NCBI RefSeq assembly: GCF_018977255.1
Contig: NW_024704761.1
Span: 7,812,001 to 7,876,000, forward strand
DNA: 64,000 bases
Direction of reading: 5' to 3'
From: Callorhinchus milii
Lineage: Eukaryota
The position numbers and the translations under genes are program-made. How positions within the stretch are numbered: position 1 is the first letter of the stretch; each line of letters opens with the position of its first letter. A model generated the notes under the pieces. The model was not told the origin of the DNA and made no database searches. It worked only from the letters and a program-made list of their open reading frames with translations. Below are positions 12,498-25,520 of this stretch, in pieces.

Positions 12498-14734
12498 TTC
12501 CCAATTTTTGCAAACCAGCTATCCTGGGCCCTCTGAGATTGGCTGTCAAACCCCAAATTCCTTGGAGCTTGTGCTATGGGTCAGTGAGTTTGGGGAAGCT
12601 GGCTCGAGACTGCCTAAAATCTTAATAGAAAGAAGAAACTTTCATCCATCAGCTTGAACTGCATTCAAACCCATATCCCTTATGTGAAAGAACACCATCT
12701 AACCATTGCACTGCGGACTTCTGGAAGGAGCTATTTGACCTGGCTGGTTCATTCCCTACATGGACCATATACAATTTGCCCAATCTTCTTTGAGAGTCGA
12801 TCACCACAGGCGGGACAATAAAGCTCGATGGAATTCCTTCCAATGTCCCAAAGATAATCAAGCAAAATTGCATGAGGCTAAACTCCGAATCGTTGCATTC
12901 CATGGTACAAAGCGAGTCACATTCCAAGCAGTGCACAGAAAGAAAAAGCCATTACCGTATGCTGAGAAAGATCAGCTCTGTCTATCCTCACATCCTACAC
13001 TCCCATTCTTTGGCAAGTATTTATCTGCTTTTTTTTAAAAAGGAGTTGGCAAAAATCTTAAACACTTTGGCTGGAGTCTATTCTAAACATCCACTGCTCT
13101 GCGGGAAAGGAAATACAATTTGCTCATCTCTAATCACACTTGCGGGTTTGTTAATTTTACACCTGAGTCTTCTGCTTCTGCTTTCGAGGCCAAGTTAAAT
13201 AACTCCCTTACATCTGCAGTTTCCGTTAACTCACAGCGTTTAAAGAGTACGTTAAACAGCTGGGGGTGTGGGGGGGGTGTGGGGGTCAACCTGCTGCAAA
13301 TGCTCTTCAACACCAACAAAAGAAAAAAAAAGATTACACAATACGTAAATTACATATACAAAAGTCCAATAACTGGGCACTTTTAAGAGTGTGATCAAGC
13401 CAGGTAGCAATGCTTAGATCAGGGATACTGTTGATGGTATCTAGTCGAACCAAGCAGAGTCCATCTACTTTAGCTACCCAGATCATTAACGTTTTTTTCA
13501 GTGGAATTAATTGATGACGGTGGCTGACCACATGAGTCAGATGGGCCTTTCTATGCGTTTGTGATTTTATTTTTCCATCCCTTTTGGTTGGAAAAAAGAT
13601 GCGTGGCTCAGGGCGTGAGGGGCCGAGTGCTGTGTCAGGAGTGTGAATGTCTACCTCTATACGTTTGCAGGTGTGACGAGTTTCTGGAGAGGGACGAGGG
13701 CATTGCTTATGTTCTGTGGCACCGAATAGGAGCAAGCACCGAAGTGATCACTGTCAGTTTGCAGGGCTGCTTGTGGGGCAGGCCAAACAAATACCGCTTA
13801 TCAATCGTTCAAGCAAATGAATCTCTCGCTGATACATCCTTGCTGTAACGCATACAGGTGAGAACTACGGTTTATCGCACGGAATGACCCTGCCTACTAA
13901 CTGGACCACTTCGCTCGCCTCACCTCCACAACTACAGCTCCTGCATTTCTTCCTAGGCCCGAATAATGAGATTTCATTAAACCATTTAGAACTGCGTGGA
14001 GAGTTATCCCACTATAACACATTTCATTGTGTGCAATCAGCAAGTTAATTTTAGAGCGAAGAAATATTGGTTTGAGAGCAACACTGCGAGCCAGATGATC
14101 TCAGGATTATAATTGTCACTGGTTTCCTGAGCAGAACAATAGTGGTCACATGAATAGCTCCTGAAACCATTTCTACTCAAATACCCCAGGATTGCTTAAC
14201 ATCAAGAGAATGAGGAAATAAAGGTCTGAGTACAATGCTGATAACAACGATAAACAACGTCTGAGGAAGGGGTCCAGAACAGAAAAACACAGATATGAGT
14301 TGAACAAAATTAAATCGTTTGCTGGAAGATCCTCAGTGATGCAATAGGGTGAATACTCAGAAGTTTTGCTAATAAATCATAATTGAACTGCCTGCTACAG
14401 CGGGTCAGCCTTCTGATTATAGCCCTCTCCTGCAAACCCATGAAGTGGCTAACATGCTCTGCCAGGCATCAACTTGATGTGGAAATAAAGAAGCCAGAAC
14501 ACTTAATTACAGATCAGTGACAGAGATTAATCTTTTAGTTCCTATCGAGAAGGAGCAGCAGGAACAACAAAGTGACGTGAACAGCAGACTTTCTAAAGGT
14601 GAGCCACTTCTCTTTTCCGTGTGGAATGTTTTTCACATGATCAGAAAAGTGAAGTGGCAGATGCAGAGAATTATAATATTTATAATACTGCAACAGCATT
14701 TCTGAGAAAGCTACTTAATTGTGGTAAGCCCTGG

Positions 14735-14950
14735 TACTATTTGAGAAGAGAAGGGGAGCTTCTCCCGATGTCTACCACCCCCACCCCCCTCCCACCAGTT
14801 AACATTGGTTATTCACATCCTGGCTGCTTGCAGGTCAGTACTGCGCACAAATTGGCTGCTGTGTTCACCGACAAATACGATAACTAGACTTAACAGAAAA
14901 AAAAACACGTCAAGTGTTACTGGTATAACAATTGCAAGGACTGTTAGTAT
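14735..14950 (+). mobile_element. Degraded Deu-type SINE, 3' part
   Basis: CTATTTGAGAAGAGAAGGGGAGCTTCTCCCG...CTGCGCACAAATTGGCTGCTGTGTTCACC. Confidence 0.7.
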
Positions 14951-16577
14951 TCTGTGCTATATTCCAGAGCAGAACAAAAGATAGTTAGACCAGATTTATT
15001 CATGTACCTAAAAATGCTCCAGTATGTTGAGTACCAACCTGCCATCTTTATACCAATTAGCTTTCCAAGTCTTTTAAATTCAGTTTTCTAGGTGCCCAAA
15101 ACCACTTGGGATCATATCATTAAAGGGATCCATTTTACTCAGCAAAGTAGTGGGGAGATATTTAAGTAGTCTCTGATAGTATTATTCTTTTTAACCTACC
15201 CCCTGCTCCCTTTCCAGTGGGTAAACAGGTTGTGCATCTCGCATAAATTCTATTCCAGTTAAACGTATATTTCCATGCATTTATGAAACTCCCAGCTGTC
15301 TGGATAGGATAATCTTAAGCATGAAGCGCTCAGGGACCCTACCTCTCACGAAGGGCGATATATAAATACAAGTTGTTGTTTCCCGCGTGTGACAGATACC
15401 CAGCTGAGCAAAAATAAAGTTTCCTCTCCCCCCACTCCCCCAAAAAAGTGCTTTGAAAAAGATACGGACACATCTTTTCTTTTGCTTTTTTAATTAATCG
15501 TGGGAGAGGGATTTGCTTACAGCCAGATGTAGGGAGCTTCTGTGTTCAATAATACCTAAATATGTGCAGCTGATTGGGCCAATTTCTACTGAGGGAACAC
15601 CTCACTAAAACCTCCTTTGGGAAAGCCTGCTCTTTTCAAGGTAAGTACAATTCTACTGAGTGTTGTGTGCTGATTAAAACACATGTATTGTAATAGGGCT
15701 AAGGATCACATTTCCTTCATTTCTAACAGCCTAAAGATATTGTTTAATTTGCAATCAGAAGGTTAATGTGACTTCTCAAAGCTACCACGTGTCTGTGGGA
15801 TGAACGGCACCCAGTCTAATGGGCAATCTCCAGCTGATTAGATATTCAGCACTTCTGTGGAAATTAGATTTTATTAATTCAATTCTGCTGTAAAGCCATG
15901 TGCTGTAATAAAATGGAATTTGTAACTATCGCACAGTTAAATTAGCTAAATAGAGAGGAAGGAGACAGCAGAAAATTGACCCGACTCCCTTAAACACTTA
16001 TCAATCTGGGAACTGAAGCACAAATCAAACTGAAGGTGAAACATCGGAAATGGATCTTACAAAATGATAGTCAGACGCCTCAGCTCTCTGGGCGATAACT
16101 TAAAGAACTTTCAGAAAGTTCATAAAATAACTTAACTCAAGATCCGCAGTGAATAATAATAATCCTTACATTTGATAAAGGGCACTTTCACATCAGGAGA
16201 ACGTGTCAAAGAAGTGCCTCATAGGATATACTCCAAAGTGTGTTTGCGTATTTCGAGGCAACATGACAGCCGATATGTGCACAGGAGCATCAGAGAAATA
16301 GCGATAAAGTGCATGATCCAATTTTATTTGGGCGATTGTTGGCCCTTCTCTGATTAAATTCAAACCGAAAAGTATCTAACATTAGGGAAAATAAACCAGA
16401 GAGGGATTGCCTGTGTCCTTAGGGGAGGGGTGGTAGGTCTCAAGGGAGACAAAATGACGAGAGTAGATGTGGTGTGTTATTTTGCTGTTAGCCCTCTAGC
16501 CTCTGGGTCACAAAGCTATGGGTTTGAACTCAGTACCAATATTTGAGCTCATTATCTCAACTGAGACCATTGCATCA

Positions 16578-17084
16578 TGTACTCTCGCGCACCAGGTTCT
16601 GTGACCCCATCATTCCCACCCTCACCCAACTCCACTGGCTTCCCATCCCCCAGAGGATCGAGTTCAAGATCTCGTCCTCACCTTTAAGGCCATCTGTGGC
16701 CTAGCCCCCTCCTATCTCTCTGAGCTGCTGACTCTCTACCAATCTGCTCGCTCCCTCCGTTCATCGGGCTCCGGCCCGCTCCATGTCTCCCGCCCGACCC
16801 GCCCTATACCATCGGTGGCCGGGCTTTCAGCCTCTCTGCCCTCATTCTCTGGAACTCCATCCCACGATCCCTTCACTTCGCTTCCTCCCTCGCATCCTTC
16901 AAGGCCGGTCTCAAGACTCTTCTCTTCGACCATGCCTTTGGTCTCCGTCCCACCTCTCTGCCTTCCCTCACCCCTGCACCATCCCTCCCCCATGCTCGGG
17001 CCCCAACACCTGATTGTTCAGCGCTTTGGGACGTGCTCCTGACATGAAAGGCGCTCCATAAATGTCATTTTGTTGTTGTTGTTG
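16578..17084 (+). mobile_element. L2 LINE 3' end (ORF2 C-terminus and 3' UTR), frameshifted
   Basis: Encodes PTLTQLHWLPIPQRIEFK / LTFKAICGLAPSYLSELL..Y...RSLRSS / WNSIP / FKAGLKTLLF, then the tail stem-loop and (GTT)n. Confidence 0.93.
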
Positions 17085-20000
17085 CATAACTGAGGTTTGA
17101 AGCTCTTTCCTGGTCAGAGGTGCTTGTACTGCAGATAAGATGGAAAAGTAAAGTAGCTGACTGCTTTTACATTCCAACAACTGTTCCCCATCCACTCCCT
17201 AAATATATATATACATACACACACACACACACATATAATCATGGAAGCAATAAAGCGTCCACTTTTAAACAAAAGACTCTCCCTAGAGTGTGGAGTCAGT
17301 CCACTGCTTGGTTTCACTGCGTTGCCAAAACCCGGCTCAGATCATTGAGCAGCTGAGGAACCCAGCACTGTGCTGTGTGATCAGCCTCCTATAGAGCAGC
17401 AGGAAGCCCGCCAGATCTTCCACTGGGTGAAGAGGGTGAGGCCATCAAGGAATCTGTCAGACACGGACTCAGTCCTTCAAATTCAAATCAGTCACTTACT
17501 TTACTGTATGTGCATAAGCAAATACACAACAACTCGCATTTATACAGGGTCCTTCATCCAGGGTTATCGTGTCAGTGTAAATGCTACGAAATGCTTCAAG
17601 ACATTTCAGCAGTGCATCACAGCACTATATTAAATGCAAGCATTATTGTTTACTATTATTTAGCTAGTTGTTTTTTTTAATGGTGCTGTATTTGAAATCA
17701 AGCCCGTTATTCATGCTCTAATCATTTTTGTCTTTGACCTCGGCTTTGTCAAACTCTAGGCTTCCAATTTGGATGTTTCGAGACTAGAATCCATGTAACG
17801 TGTATATTTATCAGGTAGAGTTACTCTGGTGTGATTTCAGAAAGAAAGAAAGGCTGAGGAAAATACACCAGCTCTTGCTATTGATGCTGTGAGCTGACTG
17901 CACTGAACAATATAGATTCATATTGCTGATGTTAAAGGCTGCCCCACCGGTTGAGCTTACTGTAGAAAACAGTACTGCCTCTTATTACTGATGCTTGAGG
18001 TCAGTTCTTGGTACGAGCACTCTTCAATAAGAACAGAGATTTTCCATGACAGGCGGAGTTAATTCTTGGTGTGACTGATCTGGAATAACAGAGTAGTTTC
18101 AAAATACTGACATTAATGGTTACTGCACAGAACAAGCTCTCTGCAGTAAACAGGATTTTTTGTCTTTCAAGTGAGACATTCCTTCACACAGATAAGACTC
18201 TTTGTAAGTATCAAGACTGAATTTATTGCAAATCCCCCAAATAGCATAAAAAGACTATGGAAAACAGCAAGCTGAAACTGGCTCAAGGACATTTATGTTT
18301 TGGCTTGCAAGTTGTTGCAAACACTTCTATTCCCATACCCAATAATAAGCAAATACATTTTCTCCTAGAAGATGAAGCCAAGAATTTATACTGATGTCTT
18401 TTCTAGTTAAAAGTCAATTTCAGTGCTTCTGAATGACTTTGCATTTGTTTTAATAAATAAGAAAAAAGTACATTAGATTAAAAAAACCTCACTATTCTGA
18501 GGCACTGTAACTTCAATGAGATAAATTATAGTCAGCATCACTTATACCCATGTCGCTTTGTTAGATTTTGACAGCAATATGAGGCACCAGTTGTTGTTTT
18601 TAGGAATAATTTTCCACCCCTTTTCTACCTGGTGAAAATCACGGAGGATTTTGAGAGTCGACAGTGCCAGGATTAGAGCTGAAACTAAGTGCACTTCAGA
18701 TATAAGTAAAATGGACATTGTGCATTGGCTTGTCAGCATTGCATTTTAAAATGTTTGACATGTCAAGGGATGTTAAGTAGGATTCATGTGCATTTTCCTT
18801 AACCCTTTGAAAACTTGCATAATAAATAGTAAAGCATCCAGGGTATCACCAGTTTTGAAGATTTGTTTAAAAAAAGAGCAATACAGAGCAATATAGCTGT
18901 ACCCGGAGAATTATTCAGGAATCAACACTACCTGAATTCTTTTTTTTAATCCCTCGCACACCCAATATCTGTGAGAATAGTGATTTATTTAAAGACGTTC
19001 AAGTTAGATGCAATTTCAGAAACAAGAATAGTCCAAATCAAAATGAGATATCCCAGCCCTCTTTAGAAGGAGACCCTTTTTTACATGAAATCAATCACGT
19101 CAGTTTCTTTGTCCACTGGATTACATTTTGTCGATAAATCTGAAAAATCAATACCTTTAGTCAACTCGCATGCAGTCAATGTTTTGTCATCTAGTTTTGT
19201 AGCGTCAAAGGATTTTGTCAACACAGATTGACAAATCTACTGATATTGAGACATTTTGGAAATTCCTGACAAAGCCAGAAACCTCTCTACATTGCCCAAT
19301 GCAATTAAGGTTCGTCAATTAGTCCTGCATCGTTTATTGGCACCACGTGAAAACAAGAAGCGATTTCTTGTTTACAAAAAAAAGACGATTAAATCTTAGC
19401 AAACTTCCTCATCTTCTTGATTTTGCTAATGCAAAAGCAAATAAATCAGCCTCTTTGTTGATGAAACCCAGTAAACTGGTTGTTATTAAAATACCTGGTT
19501 TGAGAAATTTGCTGAGCGCAAATCTGCCAGAACGCAGCAAGTTTACTGAAGGAGAGTCTCATGCACACACACACACACACACGCACATAGACAGCAGTCT
19601 TTTTATGCACCGTTAACAATACCACCTGGTCTGGGTTGAACTGCGATGTCTCTGGTCTGGCTTGAAGCAGATCACCAGTGATTGCCAGTCCGCCAGAATT
19701 GACTGGTTTCATTTTGCAGAGTCCCAAGGTGATTACACTTCCATTTCCAAGGACCGCTCTGGAAATAGAAAGTGCTGCCATAGACAATACAAATGGGAGG
19801 TGAAAACTGTAACTGTACCAAAAAAGGACTGCAGAAAACGACTGTATGTTCCTTAATACAGCCAAGCTCGGAGTTCAAAGATACAAGAAACAATTCTGGG
19901 AGAGATGCAGTGTCAAGAGACTGATATTCAAACCAGAACAATTTGTTAAAGATCTAAGGTTTGGGTTTGTGCGATGGTAGTTTCGAACATTAGAAAATAT

Positions 20001-20589
20001 TCACTTTTTAGGCTTTCATCCAACTCAGAGCGCACTTAGATTTAAATGATCTCCAAAGACATCATCTGCCTCTCCTCATTTAATTATATTACATTCTCCA
20101 TTGCTTCATTTCCGTCATTTGCAGAAATACACCATTTACCCATAAAAGAGTGACTGACCGGTCAGCCTGAAAATTTTTAATTGCGATCGGTGCAAATACT
20201 AAAAGATGCCGGTTCCATCGACAGAGGATGCACAGAGAAATTTGGAGTGTGACCCATAAGTGAGGAACACCTCACAATAAGGCAATCAGTTTGCTCACAC
20301 AACAATACAAACTCACGATTCCCGCTGTGTATTCTGTTTACCTCGCATTTACATTTTGACAAAAGCTTTGTTTGTTAAAAAGTTACTCCTGGGCACAAGT
20401 GAGCGAGGTACTTGTCTTCAGTTCATTGTGAAGTTATTATTAATTCAGACATACTGCAGGGCATCGTAAGGGAAGCGTTATTCAGCCGTAGCAATGAAAG
20501 GTCGGGGTGAATTGTGAACGTGCCTAGAGAACCAGGTTAATTTCGAGCCAGGCTGCACCTAGAAAGCTGCATAGAGCCACGTAAAGTGG

Positions 20590-20970
20590 CTGCCCAGGCA
20601 GAAGAGACAGTGCAGAGGAGAGCAACGAAGATCATCCCCAGTGTTAGATACGTTATAAGCAATGATTAGACAAGCAGGGGGAGGGGGGGGGTCTTCTGTT
20701 TCAGACGGGAACGTACAGAGGTGTATACAGCTTTGAATGGGATTGGAAAACGTAAGCCCAGAACAATATTTTAGGATGTAACAAAACAGTGGAACAAGAG
20801 GACATAGGTTTAGAGTTGCAAAGGGCAGTTTTAGGCCAGGACACTGGACACATTTAAAAAACAGCTTGATGTGTTGGGAAGACCATAGGGTGGGTGGGTG
20901 TTCTGAAAGGATGAGTTGAAATGGGCTGAGGGCATTGTTCAACCTTCAACCGATCTTGTGACCTTGTGAT
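20590..20970 (+). mobile_element. CR1-type LINE 3' fragment
   Basis: CAGAGGAGAGCAACGAAGATCATCCCA (QRRATKIIP), ACAAGAGGACATAGGTTTAGAG (TRGHRFR) and 3' ATGGGCTGAGGGCATTGTTC. Confidence 0.75.
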
Positions 20971-21374
20971 GCGAGTGGCAAATTTTCATAGATAGGATCC
21001 AAGCCAAATAAGGGACTTAAGCACATCTATAATTCTCTTACTATGCCATGCTTTCCTGAAAGCTTTCAGACAGACTGCCCGTTGAATTATCCAGGCACGC
21101 TCAATGGGCTATTCTTAAATGTTATTAAAAAAATGATGGCACGACCAATCTGTAAAATAACATTCAGAAATACACCTAAAAGTCCGAAATTTGCCCGCAA
21201 GACCATTTTGCCTTGAAATTAAACAACGGTGGAATAGTGGAAAAAGCCGCAAAAGTTGAAGTTGGTTTGCCACATTTCTCAAAATGTACTGGTTTCCACC
21301 TTAAAACCAGAATTGATAAATTTTCCGGGAACTTAAATTATAAGACAAAATAGTCTTTCAGTCTAAGGCTGTAA

Positions 21375-21723
21375 CTTGGTGGTTAAGTGAAAGAACCTGG
21401 GTTTGATTACCAGGCAGGGGGAAACTTTGGGCACGTTTCCTTACTCCACACGCCTTTGTTTACCGAGCAGTAAGTAGGAACCTAGTTGTTAGTCGATTGG
21501 TGGATTGCTTTTCCGGGGGTAATAATCCCTTCAAAAAAAAATTATAATTTGGTCACTCAATACATGACTGTTTGTGAGACACTGCTGTGCGCAATTGGCT
21601 GCCGTGTTTCGCACAAAAAATATACAATCTATTCACTCTACAGTACATTCTATAAAGCGTTTGAAATGTGTAGAAGAGGTGATAAGGCCCTATATTAAAT
21701 GCAAGGATTATTATTATTATTAT
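21375..21723 (+). mobile_element. tRNA-derived SINE (family A, long form), head partly lost
   Basis: Collinear with 6879-7257 from the B-box region to the (ATT)n tail. Confidence 0.92.
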
Positions 21724-22892
21724 AAGTTGGAATTTGAGATCTCTGATTTCCATGCTGTTCACGTGTATGGCACTTTTAAAATTGGGTTTTGATTTTTTAA
21801 TCACATTGGCGCACAAACACAGCATTATAACAAAGTGGTCGGTGTAAGTTATCTGTTTTCAGTAAGATCACAGCCTTGAGTTCACTCTCTCTGGTATGTA
21901 TTATGCATCACGTTTATGGCTTGTGCTTTTGAAATTAAAAAATGACCGCTTGAGTTTCTCACTGTTGTTTGGAGGCTCACCAGTGTATCAATGCTATAGG
22001 CTGCGCTGTTCACAAGAAGCTATTAACCTGTGACGTCTCCACTGCAGTACTACCACCAAAGAATCATTCGCAATCAATTACACAGAATTTCTTCAAAGAG
22101 GGTATATTGCTTCTTGTTGTGTGTAAACGGCTGTTAAATTCACTGGTCACAGCATCAACATCCACGTGTTTGAAAGCATATACAAGCAATAGCTATATCC
22201 TCGGGCGCTTTAAAGCCCTGTTGAATTTGAAGCTAAATGAACACTGCTTAGCAAGAAATGCTTGGGAGAAATTGAACCCAGGTCTAGAGTCACGTACCAA
22301 TTTTACAGTGTCCAGAAATTGGCAGAGTTTTAAATTCAGGCTTTAATTCCGAAGCTGGTTTTCTGTCAGCACATTGAAGAAAAGTACAGCAAAATGCATT
22401 TCAGAGTTTAGATTGAATTCGACCATTTGCCCAATTCTGGCTGTTCTGAAATGGGTGGAATTTAATGCCCATCCACATGGGAACAGTAAATGTGACAGCG
22501 ACAGGACATTTGACTTCTTTAAAGCGAGCCCGAAATTAAACTCTCAAAAGTCAGTCCAAAAGCACGGCATCCAAAGGGCTTGTGGGACGCTCTTCCAATT
22601 CGTCAAAGCTTTGCTCCACCTCTGGATTGCCTGTGAGATATTCCACGGAGACCTGCAGCTCACGTGCAGCATTCCGACTGCTGCAAGAGTCGTGTGATAC
22701 AGAATCGCAAATGCCCAACTCCCCCCCTCCCCTACCGTAACGCACAAAATCATTTGCCGGTCAAACCCATTAGGTTGAATTTCCGATTCAGGAACAATTA
22801 AATGCACTCTCCTGATCCAACTCCCTGATTATTTGTGCCGTTAATACGCTACATAATGTTTACCAGAGATGATCTGTTGCATAAACATCAGC

Positions 22893-22932
22893 CAAACATT
22901 TTCAGTCTGGTTCAAACATTTTCAGTCTGGTT
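22893..22932. repeat. Perfect 20-bp tandem duplication
   Basis: CAAACATTTTCAGTCTGGTT occurs twice in tandem. Confidence 0.9.
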
Positions 22933-24604
22933 GAAAGTTTCATCTTTCACGTGTTAACAGCCTGTGATTTATGTAAAATCATTTTGTTCGTACTTTTTTT
23001 TAATACAACAGATGCGCTTTATTGTAATTCAGTTTCAGCAGCAGACTGAACGAATAAAGCAACGTGAAATACAAATATAACTGATTTGCCATTCTTTTTA
23101 GGTCCATAGAAATTCTGAGTATAATCCTGATTCAAGCATGAAATTTCAAGGGAAATACATTTCCAACATTCAACTGTAATGCAAAACTATCTCCAAGGAT
23201 ATAAATATGCCACATTGTTCATCAAAACTTTCTCTTGTAAATTCATCTCATTAACTGCCAAGCAAAACTGTCGGGCCTCAAAGGGCGCTGGCTTCAAAAT
23301 AAAAGATAACCTGAAAAAAAAATCGTGGAAATTTGCTGTGGCCCACAGGAAAAAGAGGTTTTCGCCCCTTTGAAAAAAAAGACTACTGCCTAGTGATGTG
23401 AATATGATTGGAAAAGAAAGCTAATCAATAGTGAATGAGGAGGTGCTATCGTCAGGGATTTTAATGCTTCAGGTTTAATTGAACTACCAAAGTGTTAAGC
23501 TGGTAAAGTGGATCATTATTCATAGACACCCTCACACCTTTCAGTTCATTTTAACTCTCAGATTTCAACCATCACCCTTAAGAATCAAACTCTTTGCCAC
23601 CATGTACAATAACCTTGTTCATTTACGCAGCGTTTTCTCGTTTCTACAATTAGAATAGCCTAGGAGCTCTTCCCAGAAATCTTTTCATCATGTAAAAATT
23701 ATATATTAAATCCTGAATATTTGCTTCATGTGTCTTCCGTCCATCCGACTATTTCCCCCCCCTCTTCCCTCTGCGTATATGTATAGATTATCTAAGAAGG
23801 GCTGATGGGGTGTATGTTTAGGGGCTCTGAATGTTACTGCATCTACAGAAATGGCACTGCAGCATTCATCGCTTGGCGTAGAATTAAATTTGGGGAAGGG
23901 CAGTTCCTCCACATTACACGTCTCATCAAACGGAGGCCCAGGCTCAGCCAACAAGACAGACAGCACAACTCGGATCCAACTTGAATCTTTTCTATTGACC
24001 AGGCACCAAATGGGTTTCACAAAGGCTATGGAGATATAACCATGGTTACAGGCAAGATATTATTATTGTTATTGTACAGCTGGAGTGAAGTGGATTTCAT
24101 GACTGTAGGAAAGTGACTGAAGTTGGGACATTGAACAAAATTATGCCTGTATCCAGCAGACAAGGGTGTGGATTAGATTGTGCAGGCAGACAAGAGTCAG
24201 GGGATTGAAGTTTGCACCTTCAGTCGATCGGCCACCCACCTGCGTCAATTAAAGGCAGGCCAGTAACTTGCCCAAGACCTTTCTGAGGTCATTGAGAATG
24301 GTCCACAATAAGTTCTGAGAGAGTTTTATTATTCAGGTGTCTCTTTCTCCCCCTCTGCCTGCCAGCCCCTACCCACCACCGTTCCCCCATCCCCTCCCCA
24401 TTCATCACCTGACACAACGGCATGATTCAATTCAGAACTCAGCATGCATAGGATCACTGGTGAAAACTATTCATTATCCCACTCCACAGTGAGGCATGTA
24501 GGAATAGAGGGGGGCGAAATTGTTAAGTTTGGAAATTAAATTGTGTGGTGTTAGTGATACAGTGAGAATGAAGAGCAGAGCATTGGAGGTTGAATAACAA
24601 ATAT

Positions 24605-24985
24605 CAGCACCTCGGGACATTCTCCCGACGTGAAAGGCGCTATACAAATGTAATATTGTAAATAATAATCCTTGCATTCAATATAGTACCTAAAACAAGC
24701 AAAACATCCCCAAGCACTTGACAGTGATTTTTTCCCCTGCAAACTGCAGTGACTGGGTATTTATAGACGAACACGGCAATGTGCCACAAAGAGCCATGAA
24801 ACGAATGACCAATTTTCGGACGGGGTTTGTTGGCCAGGACAGTGGGGAGAAACTCATCTCTTGTTGGATACTGCATTGGGGCACTTAACATCCACCTGAA
24901 CAGGCGGTCTCTTTAATGCCTCATCTGAGGGACGTAATCTCCAACAATGCAGGACTCGCCCTCAACACTGAGCTGGAGCATCAGG
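24605..24985. mobile_element. Short L2 3' end (+, about 24605-24658) tail-to-tail with a Deu-type SINE (-, 24661-24985)
   Basis: TCCCGACGTGAAAGGCGCTATACAAATGTAA abuts AATAATAATCCTTGCATT; reverse Deu motifs TTGTTGGCCAGGAC and TTAACATCCACCTGAACAGGC follow. Confidence 0.8.
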
Positions 24986-25254
24986 AAGAGAATGGCAGCA
25001 ATACAGATCCACGTATTGGGATAGATTCTGGGAAAATATGGTTATCACATGGGCAAATAAGTGAAAATGGATACGATGATGTGAAAATTCTGGGAATGGA
25101 ATTGTTTGACAGTGGGAAAGCACAGAGTAGAATGCTTACATGAAATGTAATTCACTGGGAATTCTGATTATGGAAATTCCTTTAGATTATGGCCAGGTTT
25201 CTCATGAGTAATTTTCCACCGTGACAATTTGAGTTACATTACTGCGCTACTGTT

Positions 25255-25520
25255 GGCAGGCGTCAGTCATTACACCATTGTTATAAGCCTGATGCACCCT
25301 CTGCAGTCTTTATCATTTCCATTCATAATTAGGGCTAATTAATTTATGCAAATGTAGATTAATTCACACTTATTAAGAAGTTTCAGGCAAATATTGCTGT
25401 GCCAATGTCTCAATTTCGCAAAATTTTGTATACAAATTAGTATCAATATTTATCTTGCTTTTTTAATTAAATACTCATTTGAATGTTAATGAGGTCTAAT
25501 TAGCACTAATTCAGAGCAGA
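25255..25520. promoter_or_regulatory. Candidate conserved non-coding enhancer (homeodomain/POU motif cluster)
   Basis: TAATTA at 25326-25331 and 25336-25341, a perfect octamer ATGCAAAT at 25346-25353, and further TTAATTAA, TAATGA and CTAATTAG sites to about 25510, all in unique sequence. Confidence 0.4.

Noticed and set aside
16736-17042. Pro/Ser-rich and Gly/Arg-rich ORFs (also 28773-29277, 60865-61368, 62309-62855)
   Set aside because: They are alternative frames of frameshifted L2 3' ends.
19347-19941. Several overlapping ORFs on both strands
   Set aside because: No recognisable protein similarity, one crosses a (CA)n repeat, and there is no consistent exon boundary pair.
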